64,000 nt of DNA from Lama guanicoe (taxonomy: Eukaryota). Each line of letters starts with the position of its first letter. Positions within the stretch are counted from its first letter, which is position 1. Below are positions 1-12,324 of the stretch, one piece after another. The notes beneath the pieces are model-generated. The model was not told where the DNA came from, made no database searches, and was given only the letters and a program-made list of their open reading frames with translations. The position numbers were made by a program, and so were the translations under genes. The stretch lies in assembly GCA_013239625.1 (NCBI GenBank), contig MU053472.1, positions 1,364,001 to 1,428,000 of the forward strand, read 5' to 3'.

Positions 1-660
1 TTTAAAGCACGTTAAGCTATTTTTTAATGAAAATAGTACTAGCCACTGTAAAAAGTTTTTTTCATCAGTACAAAAGTGTATATAAAGCAAAAAGTCACAC
101 TTCTTGCTTCATCCACTCTCGTTCCCTAGAAGTATGTATCTTTCCAGTTTTCTGTGACTACACCCACTGTATCTGTCATGAATATAAGGTATGCATCTCT
201 ACTCCCTTTATTTCTACACATATTTTTCATAGTCTATATTACTGATTTGCAGTTTCTTTTTTCACTGGATGGTATATTCCAAACTGCTTTTCTCTTTTTT
301 TTTTTTTCCAAACTGCTTTTCATGTCAGCATGTAGATCTTATTCTTTTTAACAGATGCACAATATGCCAGTTTTGTGTATTGTATAATAAATCAATTACC
401 TATTGAGGACATTAGATTGTTTCTAGTGTTTCAAATTACACTGTTGCAGTAAACATCCTAGTACATATATCCTTCTTTATATATATATGAGTGTATCTGT
501 AGATGGAATTTCCAGAAGCGGGATTGCAGAATCTGAGAGTATGCACCTTTTAAGTTTTAACAGATATTGCCAAATTGCCTGCCTAAAAAGTTGGATCAAT
601 TTACATTCTAATCAAGATTATCTGAGAGAGCCAGTTTCCCCTCACCTTTGCTAACAATTT
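1..660 (-). mobile_element. Old L1 (L1M-type) 3' region fragment
   Basis: Typical antisense L1M text (ggacattagattgtttctag...gcagtaaacatcc...ggattgcag...gatattgccaaattg). Confidence 0.6.
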
Positions 661-1610
661 AAGCTAATTTTTGTTATTATCCTTTACCTGTTAAAAGTCC
701 TACCAACAAGGAATTGAATCTCTGCTCTTCTAAATATGAAATTCATTTGCATTTTAAACCTGGAGAAAATATTGAAGAATGACCAAAGAGGTGTCATTCT
801 CTAATCAGCAATTAGATATGTTTCTCCTTTCCATTTATTGTTCTTAAAAAAGCGGCTAAAATTAGCAAAATTTCAACAGGGCCCATCTCCTAAGAGCCTC
901 TGTCACACAACATACCTAAGCTAAAACTAAAAAGGGGAAAGAAGTAACACATTCAGAGTGAGGGCCTTTAATTAAACCTACTTTAGAAGTTTTCTTCTGT
1001 CTTACCACAATCCATGCTTGGCAAGCAATTTATATATACTACCCACTAAGCCTGTGAGTAAACATTTACTCTTTATTGCCCTCCTTCACCCCACCTGCAA
1101 TGAAGTTATATTTGTGTCTCTTTTAAATTAATAGTTCAAAAATGTTAGGGAATGGGTCTTAGGGACAGTACAACTAGGAGTGCTTTTCCTTGTGAGCTCC
1201 TGAAAAATCAAGCAGCTTCTTTGTAGTCCTCTTCTGATCTCTTATTCCTTCTACTGTGGCCACTCCATTGCTCTCTGAGGCCAGTCTTTTCCAGCAAAAT
1301 AGAAACGACAAGAATAAGCACATTATTGAACTCTAATCAGCAATTAAAACATAGAATAATACAGAATCCAGCTCTGAACAGATAGGATATACCTTCCTTC
1401 AGTTTCTAGGCTCTAAATAGCTTTGTCAAGTCATCCAAAGTCCAGCTTATCATTCTAATATGGTATCTGAGAAATGTCAAATGTACCTTTGACTGTGATT
1501 TCTTCTTTTAGTAGATGAGAGGTTTAAATTCAATCAGGCTTTTTCCAGTTCTTCAATTCTATTATTATCTCTTGAAATATACATCCTCTTGCCAGCTCAA
1601 ATCTGTTTTT

Positions 1611-1686
1611 GTTTGGTTTTTTTATCGAAGTATAGTCAGTTTACAATGTTGTGTCAATTTCTATGTACAGCATAATAGTTCAGTCA
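1611..1686 (-). mobile_element. 76-bp 5'-truncated L1 3' tail with 14-bp TSD
   Basis: TCAAATCTGTTTTT repeated at 1597-1610 and 1687-1700; insert resembles the reverse complement of the L1 tail at ~5080-5150. Confidence 0.8.
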
Positions 1687-2099
1687 TCAAATCTGTTTTT
1701 ATTTTTAGTTCAGGCTGAGTTTTTTCCTCACCTGAATATTAATGTAATGTTTCTATTCTGTTTTCCACCTTTTACAGGTCTGCTGTTTGTCTAATATCTT
1801 GAGGATTCCTTTTAATCAAAAACTATCATTTTGATGGGGAAGCTATGCATATGTGAGGATAGGGGGCACATGGGAAATCTCCATACTTCTGTGCAGTTTT
1901 GCTGTGAACCTAAAACTGCTAAAAAAAAAAAAATCTGATAATCAAAAATTCTGATGCAGAGACATGCCTGCCTACATATAGGTATTTAATAGCTAGCAAC
2001 TATGGTGTAATTTGAAAACTCTCAGGGATTTACAATGGAAGTAAAGTTGAGGTAAATAGTTGGAGTCAAAAAGAAGTTAGAAGGAGAAACTAGACATAC

Positions 2100-2307
2100 A
2101 GTATGTGAGTTGTGATTCTAGGTTTAGGTAAAACTTTTTGTTTGATGCTACTGATCCAGCAAGTAACATCTCTAAAAATTGCAGTATTTTCTTCCAAAAG
2201 GATTTGAAAGCTATAAAATAGCATTTGTTCAAAAAAAAAAAGGTTTTTTGACAATTATATTCAATTATTGGCACTCCAGGGGTGGGGGTGGAATCAAATC
2301 TGCGTTT
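2100..2307 (-). pseudogene. Possible decayed exon
   Basis: Long pyrimidine tract ending ttccttcctcttttaaag| and donor ACT|gtatgt; one frame open across it. Confidence 0.35.
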
Positions 2308-2419
2308 CTTTAAAAGAGGAAGGAAGTTCGTATAAAAAAAGAAGAAGCTGACAAGCCCCTCACTCATGCCTATTTAACTTCTTCCCACAGCCCCAACATT
2401 TGATATGAATGTTGTAAAG

Positions 2420-3780
2420 AGTTCATTTTAACATTTACTAAGCATTTTCTGTGTACGAGGAATGGTGCTAAGCCCTAGGGAATACAAAGGTGAATTTTTA
2501 AAAAGCCTCTGGGAAGTACTATGATCAAGATAAATATAGTATGTGATGGGAACCGAAAGTACAGAGCGATATTAGTCCAAACTGAAGGAGTGCGGAGGGA
2601 GGGAAGTCTTGGGGGATAGGAGTCTTGAAGTATAAGAAAGAAATCAGCCAATTATTTACTCTTTAAACAAATTTAAAGTGCCTGCTATGTGGCAGGCATT
2701 GTCCTAGGCACTGAAGATACAGAATTGAATAAAGGAAAAAGTCCTGCTCTTATGAAATTTACATTTCAGTGGGAAAAGACAATAAGCAAAATAAGTAAAA
2801 ATAATGGTAAGTCAGTCAGTAACAAGTCCTATGGAGAAAAACTGCAAAGAAGAGAGGCAGAAAGTGCTGAGATGAAGGTTCAATTTAAAATAGAATGGTT
2901 GAAGAGGAGCAGAAAGGCGGTATTTGAGCCAAAGTCTGAAGGAGATGATAGAGCAAATCTTGTGGCTATCCAAGGGAAAATTGTTGTAAACACTGAGGCA
3001 AGAGCATCCTCACAGATGTGAGGACCAGCAAGGATCAAGTATGACTATGACCATGAGGGAAATGGAGAGAGGCAGATCCTCCATAAAGATTTTGGCTCTC
3101 ACTCTTTGGAAAATGGGATGCCATCGCATGTTTTTGAATGCAGAAGAGAGCTGTCATACATTTTTAAAGGATCTCTTTGACTGCTGTGTTGAATATGGGC
3201 TGGAGTAAGAGGAGACATGAAAGGGTAGACACATGGAGACTGGTAGAGAGGATATTACAGATATCCAGACGATGAGTTTGAGGGATGAGAGGTTGGGTCC
3301 AAGATAATAATTTGAAGGAAGAGCCAACAGGATTGATTGATAGATGAGACTGGGATGTCAGAGCGAATATTCAAGGATGACTCCCAAGTGGTGGCCTATG
3401 TAACTAGAAGGACAGAAATGCAATTCACTGAGCTGAGAAAGGCATTAGGAGGAGCAGGTTTGTGGGGCAAGGTCAGAAGCTCAGCTTTGGACCTGTTACG
3501 TATGAGATGCCTATTAGACACCCAAGTGGAGGTGTTGAATAGAGCATTAAATAGTTGTCTGAAGTTAGAAAGAGTCCAAGCTGGAGATATAAATTGAGGA
3601 GTCATTAGAGATTGATGGTGTTTAAAGTCATGAGACTGGATGAGATCTCCAAGGACATGTCCCAGTCCCAAATGGCTTCTGACATTAAAAATTCAGAGAT
3701 GAGGAACTAGCAAGAAGACTGAGAGAGTGAAGCCAGTGAGGTGGAAAAGGAAATAAGGGGAGAGGGCATGCCAAGAAAAA
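2420..3780 (-). mobile_element. L2 LINE fragments
   Basis: L2-like text (cattta-ctaagc, tgtcctaggcactgaagatacag, gagatgcctattagacacccaagtggag). Confidence 0.7.
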
Positions 3781-3947
3781 ACAAAAAGGTGGATAAAGGC
3801 ACAGAGATATAAAGTAGAACTCAAAAGATAAGATGCTCTGCTTCATCAGAAATGCCTTTTTGTACCAACAGAATCAAAGCTAATAAAACAACTGAAAAAT
3901 CAAAATCCATTATTAACTAGTAAGATAACAGTTCTCACTTTTAACAC

Positions 3948-4445
3948 CTAGTAGGGAATTATAAATGTTTGAGGAATGCTCTCAGGTAGATTTTTAAGAG
4001 CTTATTTGGTTTTTGTCAGATTTCTATTTTGCTGTGATCTCTTTGAGCTATCCTGGGCAATACTTGACAGGAGGTTCTGGAAACAATAGGCACCCATAAT
4101 ATTTCATCTAAAAGAAGGAATTAGGCTAATGTATAATAATTAATGGTTAAAAGTAGAGTTCTACCAATGCATGAACTTCAGCCTGGATGTCACTCAGAAG
4201 AGACTGTTGAGGCCCCATACTTTGGTGTTTATTAGTAATTAACATTGACATCCCAATTAATTAATGCAAAAATCTAAGACAATAGCCAATAAATACAAAA
4301 TCTATCTCCAGAAAATCCATAGGGAAAGGATTCAAATTTCCCCCACTCAGACAATCTCTCCTTTAATTAGTAGCTCAGACCATGTACTGGACATATGGGC
4401 AACCTTTCGAAAAAGGGTACTAAATTAACCCAACTCTTCTAGTTT
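3948..4445 (-). pseudogene. Two possible decayed exons: from 4445 (KLEELG*FSTLFRKVAHMSSTWSELLIKGEI) and 4107-3948 (EILWVPIVSRTSCQVLPRIAQRDHSKIEI*QKPNKLLKIYLRAFLKHL*FPT)
   Basis: Strong acceptors tttgtttcatatccacag| and ctaattccttcttttag|; few stops in one dominant frame. Confidence 0.4.
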
Positions 4446-4482
4446 CTGTGGATATGAAACAAAAACAAAAATCAGCAGAGTT

Positions 4483-5152
4483 ACAAAAAACTAAAACTAG
4501 ACTTACTATATGATCCAGCAATCCCACTCCTGCGCATATGTCCAGAGGGAACTCTAATTCAAAAAATACGTGCACCCCAGTGTTCACAGCAGCACTATAT
4601 ACAATAGCCAAGACATGGAAACAACCTAAATGTCCATCAATGGATGACTGGGTAAAGAAGCTGTGGTATATTTATACAATTGAATAATACAATTGAACTC
4701 AGCCATAAAAAAGAATAAAATAATGCCATTTGCGGCCACATGGATGGACCTGGAGATCATCATTCTAAGTGAAATAAGCCAGAAAGAGAAAGAAAAATAC
4801 CATATGATATCACTCATATGTGGAATCTAAAAAAAGAAAAAAGAAGACACTAATGAACTCATCTACCAAACAGAAACAGACTTACAGACATAGTAAACAA
4901 TCTATGGTTGCGGGAGGAGGGAAGGAGGTGGGAAGGAATAAATTGGGAGCTTGAGATTTGCAAATATTAACTACTATATATAAAAATAGATAAAAAACCA
5001 GTATCTTCTGTATAGCATAGGGAATTATATTCAATATCTTGTAGTAACCTATAATGAAAATGAATATATGTATGTATATATATGACTGAAACATTATGTT
5101 GTACACTAGAAATTGACACATTGTAACTGAATACACTTCAATTTAAAAAAAA
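4483..5152 (+). mobile_element. 5'-truncated lineage L1 (ORF2 end + 3' UTR + A tail)
   Basis: tatgatccagcaatcccactcct ... atggacctggagatcatcattctaagtgaa, ending in an A tract. Confidence 0.9.
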
Positions 5153-5385
5153 TAGTTAAATTCTAATTAATAGGTCACTAAATTCTAGTTATAGTTATTA
5201 ACTATACCCAATTTAGCATTATACAAACACTAATATAAGGATTTATTATTTATTTATTATCTCTGTCCTCAATTCTCCATCCCTCATTGATCTTAATCTT
5301 TTTCATTCTTCTGCAGTACTAGAATACTCATTGGGATTACATATGTCTGCCTACACAAGTGAGAACACCTGTGCTATTGTATGTG

Positions 5386-6300
5386 ATTCTGGTTCTTATT
5401 GCTGCACAAGAAATTATCCCCAAAACTTAGTGGTATAAAACAACGACAACATTTATTTTGCTCATGGATCAACAATTTGGGCAAGGTTCAGTGAGGATAG
5501 CTAACCTCTGCTCGGTTTAGTGTCAGATGCAATGGCTTGAAAGCCAGGAGCTGGAATCCTCTGGGGGCTTGATCATTCACATGTTTGGCAGTTGCTGCTG
5601 GATGTTGGCTGAGACCTTAGCTGGAACTCTTTGCTGGAACAATTACATGCCTAATGTGCTTCCTCCTTCCTCACAGTGATGTGGCTAGGTTCCAAAGGTG
5701 AGGAGAGAGAGAGAGAGGAAGAGAGAGAGAGAGAGAGGAAGAGAGAGAGAGATCAGAGAGATCCCTTTTTATGACGTAGCCTTAGATGTAACGCAGTGTC
5801 CTTTCGGCAGCATTCTAATTATCGAAGCAGTCACAGACTTCTGCCCAGGTTCAAAAGGAAGGGAAATAGTCTCCAGAAATATTGCTGAGCCACGACCGTC
5901 TGCCCTCTGGTCACAGCAATTTGCATTCCTCTCATATGCAACTATAGCTTCATTCCTTTCTCCAAAATCCCGATTATAACATCAAGGTCAGGCTTGGAGT
6001 CTGGGGCTCATCATCTAGGTCAGGTCCAGGTGTGAATGAGGCGCCTTGGGTGTGTTTTCTCAAATATAGTATCTTTTGACTTGATAACGTGTTCTTTGTA
6101 AATAGACACAGAGGTTATTTAGGGGAAAGGGACCATTACGTATAAAACTTACTCTTAAATGGCTCAGGAAAAAAAAAAAACTATTTTGATACACACAATT
6201 TCTGGAAACTATTTCCCCACTCCTTGAGCCTGAGCAGAAATTTATTATTGCTTCAATGAACACAATGCAGCAGAAATGGCACTGTGTTACATCTGAGGAT
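5386..6300. mobile_element. MaLR (MLT1-like) LTR fragments with a (GA)n tract at 5701-5760
   Basis: cttattgctgca...ccccaaaacttagtggtataaaacaac is MLT1-type text; includes an inverted duplicated segment. Confidence 0.6.
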
Positions 6301-6557
6301 AGAATATATACAGATACTTATATATGCAGTGTATGCACATGTATGTGTATTGTGTGTATATATGTATCTATATGTATCTCTATACATATAAAGAAAGAGA
6401 ATGGGAGAGAGAGAGAATGCAAGTGATAGGGTAAATTGAGTAAAATGTTAACAATAGATGAATCTTAGTAAAGGGTATGCAAGTGTTCTTTATACTATTC
6501 TTATTTTTGCAACTTTTCTGTAAGCTTGAAATTAATTCCAAATAAAAAGCTCTTTAA

Positions 6558-6800
6558 GGGGAAGGGTACAACTTAGTGGTAGAGTGTGTGCTTAAGATGC
6601 ACGAGGTTCTGGTTCAATCTCCAGTACCTCTATTAAAATAAATAAATGAATGAATAGAGGGGGTGGGTATAGCTCAAGTGGTAGAGCGCATGCTTGCACG
6701 CACAAGGTCCTGGGTTCAATCCCCAGTAGCTTCTCCAAAAATAAAATAAGCAAACCCAATTATCTCCCCCTCAAAAAATAATAAGTAAATAAATAAGTGA
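6558..6800 (+). mobile_element. Two tandem tRNA-derived SINEs (Vic-1-like, camelid)
   Basis: Each has gggtatagctcagtggtagag...ggttcaatccccagtacctc (Pol III A/B boxes) and an AATA-rich tail. Confidence 0.85.
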
Positions 6801-7049
6801 ATAAAATTAAAACTAAATAACCTCCCAAAGATAAGTAAATTTTTTAAAAGATTATGTCCATGAAATAGGTTCTGAGCATTAATATTTTGATATGTTTAAT
6901 TCCAAGGGCAAGTCCTAACTTGACCTTTCTGTTAACTTTTAGGTGTTCAGAAAAGACCATTTAATTCTCTCTTTGCCCAGTTGTCTACAAGAAGACACCA
7001 TCACCTGCCACACTTTAGCCTACATCCCTACACATCCTATTTCCTTAAA

Positions 7050-7506
7050 TAGCTAGTCTTGGAAAGATCCCTCTTTGAGAGAAGAGATTTGGCCTTGATG
7101 AAACTCAGCTTTTCCATGGTCTTTGCCTACCACACTAAAGACATCTGTAAGTGTGGCTTGGTTTTTAGAGAAATTATGGAAGGGTGCATATCAATCTCCT
7201 TGTAGCAAGAAGGGACTGGGATTAACTTCCTTGAAGAAACAACATTGTGCTCCTAGAGCACAAAGTCTAAAAATAGTAGTTGCCCAGAAACAACTTTCTC
7301 ACATTTCCAGTTTGAAAATGACACTTAAATAGAAGGGTCTTTTTAGCCAGAATGTCACAATCCCCAAATAAAGAATAGTCACCATTTAAAGTCCCTCTAA
7401 GAAGCACATGCTGGCCATTTAACAAATTTATTCAATGTATACAGTTTTATTCATTCAAAACTGATTATTTTGAAAAGCCTTGGACCAACATCAGAAGTGT
7501 TATCAC
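7050..7506 (-). pseudogene. Possible decayed exon(s) including NGQHVLLRGTLNGDYSLFGDCDILAKKTLLFKCHFQTGN
   Basis: Acceptor acttattttttag| at 7506; protein-like open stretches; 3' end uncertain. Confidence 0.4.
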
Positions 7507-7587
7507 CTAAAAAATAAGTATTAGCCATACTGAAGATATATAAAGAATTCATTCATGAGACATGTAATCAAAGAAAATCCTCTTCAA

Positions 7588-7850
7588 CAATAATAATTGC
7601 TAGCACTGATTGCGCTCTTAAATGTGTCAGACACTGGTTTAAAGACTTTTACACATACTGTTAAATAACTTAATTGTCACAACAGCCCTATGAGCTGTGT
7701 GTCATCATTATATCCATTCTACATGTGAGGAAAATTGAAATCTAGCAAGGTTAAATAATTTTCCCAAAGTCATACAACTAGTTAATGATGCAACTGGGAT
7801 TTAAACCCAGGCCATCTAGATCCAGAATCATGCTCATAAACTATACCTCC
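7588..7850 (-). mobile_element. MIR SINE
   Basis: Core text acaacagccctatgag...ccattctacatgtgaggaaaattga...gggatttaaacccagg. Confidence 0.75.
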
Positions 7851-7894
7851 ACTATGGATTAGAAACTAAAGTAGGAACTGAAGTGTGTTGTTAC

Positions 7895-8078
7895 TTTGTG
7901 AGTTATTTTTCCCTTGTGAGAACATTGGTGAGCTTTGCCCACACATTCATTCTTTGATAAATTAGTCTTGTTTTCCATGATAAGTGTGGTTAGTTAATTT
8001 CTTTGCCATTAGACTCATAGATCAAGGAGTTAGTAAATTCTTAGAGTAGAGTAAATCAGTTGTCCATTCTTTTGGATC
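7895..8078 (-). pseudogene. Possible decayed exon (..SWKTRLIYQRMNVWAKLTNVLTREK..)
   Basis: gtttttctag| and |gtaaca; multiple stops and frameshifts. Confidence 0.3.
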
Positions 8079-8349
8079 CTAGAAAAACCATGCTTAAATT
8101 TAATTATGTTAATTTAGCAATTCACTAATTCAGCAAACATTTGTCAAAGGACCATTTTGTGTAAGAAACTGGGGTGTGAGATGTCACCTCAACAGGTTTG
8201 TTGGCTGCCCATAAAAGCCCTCCCAGGTTGACACTAATCTTAGTGCAGACACTTCAGTTGAGGAACTTTTAGGTTGACAAACTCCACTATATCAGATTGA
8301 TCAGTTTCTCACAGACTGGCTTGTGCTAATCAAATGACCATGAAACAGA

Positions 8350-10580
8350 GGCTCTTTGTTTCTGACCACATTGGAGGAAAAGGTTTACCTTCTGCCATAA
8401 ACAACTAGCAAACTAGATAAAATATATTAAAAAACTGTTTTCAGACATTGGACAATTGACAGCCCTGAACTGACATCACTGAGAGAAGGAAAACAAATGA
8501 GGTGAATTCTACAATTGCCCCAGCTTTCTGCCTAGAGGCACGTTCTGGATCATAAATTCAGAACACGGCAGAAAATAGCAATCTCATTGAGTTGAGAAGA
8601 CAGAGGTTGGAGTTCTTGGTCTCTGTGGCAGCCGGAAGTTGCTAGACAGAATAGTAAAATGGAAGAAGGCATCCAAAAACAGAGCTCCAAAAATCTACAC
8701 AGCATCTTGAGTCTTTGCTAGATACTAATGTGGCCATACACAGAGTTAAATTCCAGGAGGATGAGCATGGAATAATCAAAGAGACGTAACTGAAAAATTC
8801 CCAGAGCTCATAAAAGGCTGGGAAACATTGTGGCCAGTTACAGTAGAATGACCTCGTTGACGACCCAAGACCTTCAAGAGAGATTTCAGAAGAGTCAGAC
8901 ATTATGAATTGGTCTAACCTAGCTCTAGAATAAGGGATACTCTAGACCTGCTTCAACAAAGCTTTAAAACAAGCCTCAAAACCATCAAACTAATCTGAAA
9001 GAAACTTACCTGGCTGGTAAAACAAAGGCCTACAATCTTTAAGAGAAGACTACAAAATTCAAACACTCAAAAATGTAACATCCTAGCATCCAATAAAAAT
9101 TTTCTATATATGCCAAGAAACAGGGGGAAAAAAACCAAAAAACCTTACCAGAAGAAAAATTAACCAACAGAAACAGACCCAGAAATGACAGAGGTAATGG
9201 AATTAGCAGACAAGAATGATAAAACAGCTATTGTACTTAGGTATTTAAAGGAAAACACAAACATAATGAGGAAAGCAATGGGAGATATAAGAACCAAATA
9301 AAACTTCTAGAGATGAAAAATACAATATCTGAAATGAAACATTCAACATGGCAGCTAGCTTCCCCCAAAGCGAGTGATCAGAGGAAGGAAAAAAAAAAAG
9401 AAAAAAGAGGCAGCAAGGAAGAAGGCACATGCCTTTTATGACCGAGTATGTCCCTTTTCTACTGCAGTAATAAATTAACAACGTATTGGCCAGTGACTTA
9501 AAAGAACGCAAGCCTATTATCTCACAGTTCTGTAGGGTAGAAGTCTGACACAACTGTCGTGTTGTAAGGAGACCCAGGAAGCCTTATGGAGAAGTCCAGG
9601 TGGTGAGGAACAGAAGCCTCCTGCCAACAACCAGCACTGAACTACCAGGCATGCGAGTGAGTCACCTTGGAAGTGGATCCTCAGACCCCAGTCACATGAC
9701 TGCAGCCCTGGCTCACATCTTGACTGCAACTTCATGAGAAACATTAAGTCAGAATCATCGTGCTAAGCCTCTGCTTGATTCTTGACCCAGAGAAACTGTG
9801 TCAGAAACTAAGTATTTATTGTCTTAAGCCATTAAAATGTAAAACAATGCGTTTTCCAGCAGTAGGTAACTAATGCAAGAGTGTCTTCAACAAACAGTAC
9901 TGGAAGGATTGGATAGCCACACGTAAAAACAAACAAACAAAACACTCCTCCCAAACTGGTATACTCATACAATAGAATGCCAGTCAGCAATAAAAAAAAG
10001 TCATGAACTATGGATCCATGCAACAACACGGATGAATCTCAAAAACATTCTGCTGAGCAAAAGAAGTCAGGCATGAAAAGTACATCCTGTATGATTTATT
10101 CATATGAAACTGTAGAAAAGACAATTGATGATGATGGAAAGAGGACCAGTAGTTGCCTGGGGCTGGGGTGAGGGCAGAAGGAGGAGGGAGGCATGAAGTT
10201 TGGCAGGAAAAGGACAAAGGGAACTTTTGGTGTGATGGAATGGTCTCCATCTTTATTTTTTTAATTCTTTAAAAAATTATATATGTATTTATTATTTGTC
10301 TCTTCTTTTTTTAGGGGGGAGGTAATCAGGTCTTTTTTTTAAATAGAGGTATATGGGGATTGAACCCAGGACTTTGTGCATGCGAGGCATGGATCTTACC
10401 ACTAAGCTATACCTGCTCCACAATGTTCTCCATCTTGATTGTAGCTATCCAGTTCATAACGGTATATTTGTTACTACTCACTGAACTCTACACTTGAAAG
10501 GGGTTCACTTTATATAAATTATAATCGCATAATTATAATGTATAAAAATTTACCTCAATCAAGTTGAATTTTAAACTGAA
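8350..10580 (+). mobile_element. Old L1M fragments interrupted by MLT1 pieces (~9345-9870) and a minus-strand Vic-1-like SINE (~10255-10400)
   Basis: L1 ORF1-like text (aaacagacccagaaatgacagag...attagcagacaag); MLT1 text (cagccctggctcacatcttgactgcaac); L1M 3' end. Confidence 0.65.
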
Positions 10581-11164
10581 AAAAAAATCCCATGAAACAA
10601 ATATGCATACATAAATGTTATTCCCTTTTATATAGGAGAAATTTCTTCCAGAATATATAATAATATTGGTCCCTATTAAAGATTTTACCTTTCTGGCATC
10701 AGGGAACTTGGAAAACTAAATTTGTAATCTGAAGATTTTTTTTTTTTTGGTCAGCCAGTCCCCTTGTTAATAGTTCTCATTATACCTGATGTCATACTTG
10801 TTACTGTAATTACAAATTTCTGGGAGTACTTGATTGATATTTTTCTCTCCCATTAGGCAGTAAACTCCCAAGGGCAGAGATGGGGCCTGTTTCTCTCACT
10901 TCTGTGTCCCCAGAGTCTAGCACAGTGATTGGCACAGGGTAAGTGCTCAATATGTATTTGCTAAGTTAATTCTCTACTCCATTCAAAGTACACAAGCTAG
11001 TCCTATAAGCACAAAGTCTTGCTTTCTTTCACAGATGAGGAATTGTTTTCCTTTCATCCAACCGGTGGAGAAACTGTGCCGTCAGATACCTCAGCCTTCC
11101 ATGCCCTTTGTGAGTGTTCCCTCTCCCTTCCCTTTCTCTTCCCAGTCCCCTTCCCTAGCCGATC

Positions 11165-11398
11165 TCTCTCTCTCTTTTTTAATGGAAGTACAGTCAGTTA
11201 CAATGTGTCAGTTTCTGGTGTACAGCACAATGTCCCAGTCATGTGTATACATACATATATTCGCTTTCATTTTTTTTCATTAAATGTTATTACAAGATAC
11301 AGAAGAAACTTCTTTTAAAATCTGTTTATATATAGTGGCTAACATTTGTAAATAAACTCCCAAATTTATCCCTTCCCACTGCCTTTCCCTGGTAACCA
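11165..11398 (-). mobile_element. Lineage L1 3' tail
   Basis: Reverse-complement similarity to the L1 3' UTR at 4900-5150. Confidence 0.8.
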
Positions 11399-11943
11399 GC
11401 GCTCTTCTAAGTCACGTGACTCACTTCTCTACCTCTAGATGATGTCAGAGATGCTGCCCTTGGCGTGGGTGGCTGCCTGCCTTGACATTCTCGTCTCTTC
11501 TCTCATCTGGCTTCTCTACTCTAGTCAAACTAATGTGATTCCCCGTCTACACACTAGTCTTCCTTTCTTACCATCTCCATGACTTTGCCTGTGCTATTCC
11601 TTCTGCTGAGAAATCCTAACCCCTCCTTGACGATGCATCAGATTTGGCCTATAAATGGTTTATTTGAGGAAACCATTCCTACCTAACACGTCTCAGTCTC
11701 AAGGCTCTTGCTTCTTACCAGCTCTTTGGATTCAACCTGAAGCACGAGGACTTTGCACTTATGAGATGTCACCTCCTTGTGCCGTCGTGATGGATTTGTA
11801 TGCAGTTATGCTACTTTCCACTAACTATTAACTCCTTCCAAATGGTACCTGCTTGCTTCTTTCCCTTGTATCTGTTTTCCTTTCTTATGCAAGTACTCAG
11901 GACAGAGTTCTGCACAGAGTTGCCCTCCATCTCAAAATATTAC

Positions 11944-12094
11944 AGTTGCACAAATGAAGCCTCCATGCGTAATTCATCCCCACTGCAGGCTGGAAAAGGA
12001 AGGCAGGTTTGATCCCATGGAAACAGCTTGAGGGAGAATGTCTTTTCTGGGATCAAGTTCCCAAAGGCATCCCTTTTTTGTGGGCTAGGAGAAC
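11944..12094 (-). pseudogene. Probable decayed exon of the same gene
   Basis: ccttttctctag| acceptor and |gtaata donor in unique sequence; frame ambiguous. Confidence 0.4.
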
Positions 12095-12269
12095 CTAGAG
12101 AAAAGGTGTAATTTTTTTCTTTGCCAGTGAAGATAATTGATTCCTTGAAACGTACTCTGCCAGGTGGCACAAATAAACCATATAATTATATTTCCTTAAA
12201 CAGAAAAACCTAGAACATATAAGGATATGTGGCTTCTCTGGGTCAGACCAAAGACCATGTAACTCAGAT

Positions 12270-12281
12270 TTTTTTTTAGTG

Positions 12282-12324
<43 letters not shown>

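Noticed and set aside
2689..3671. 86-110 aa ORFs
   Set aside because: Lie inside L2 fragments; no splice or homology support
6658..6740. tRNA gene-like sequence (also at the other SINE copies)
   Set aside because: Followed by a SINE body and A-rich tail, multi-copy, often with TSDs; not a tRNA gene
10689..10790. Another minus-strand exon of the lost gene (donor AAG|gtaaaa)
   Set aside because: Acceptor lacks a pyrimidine tract and no convincing frame is present
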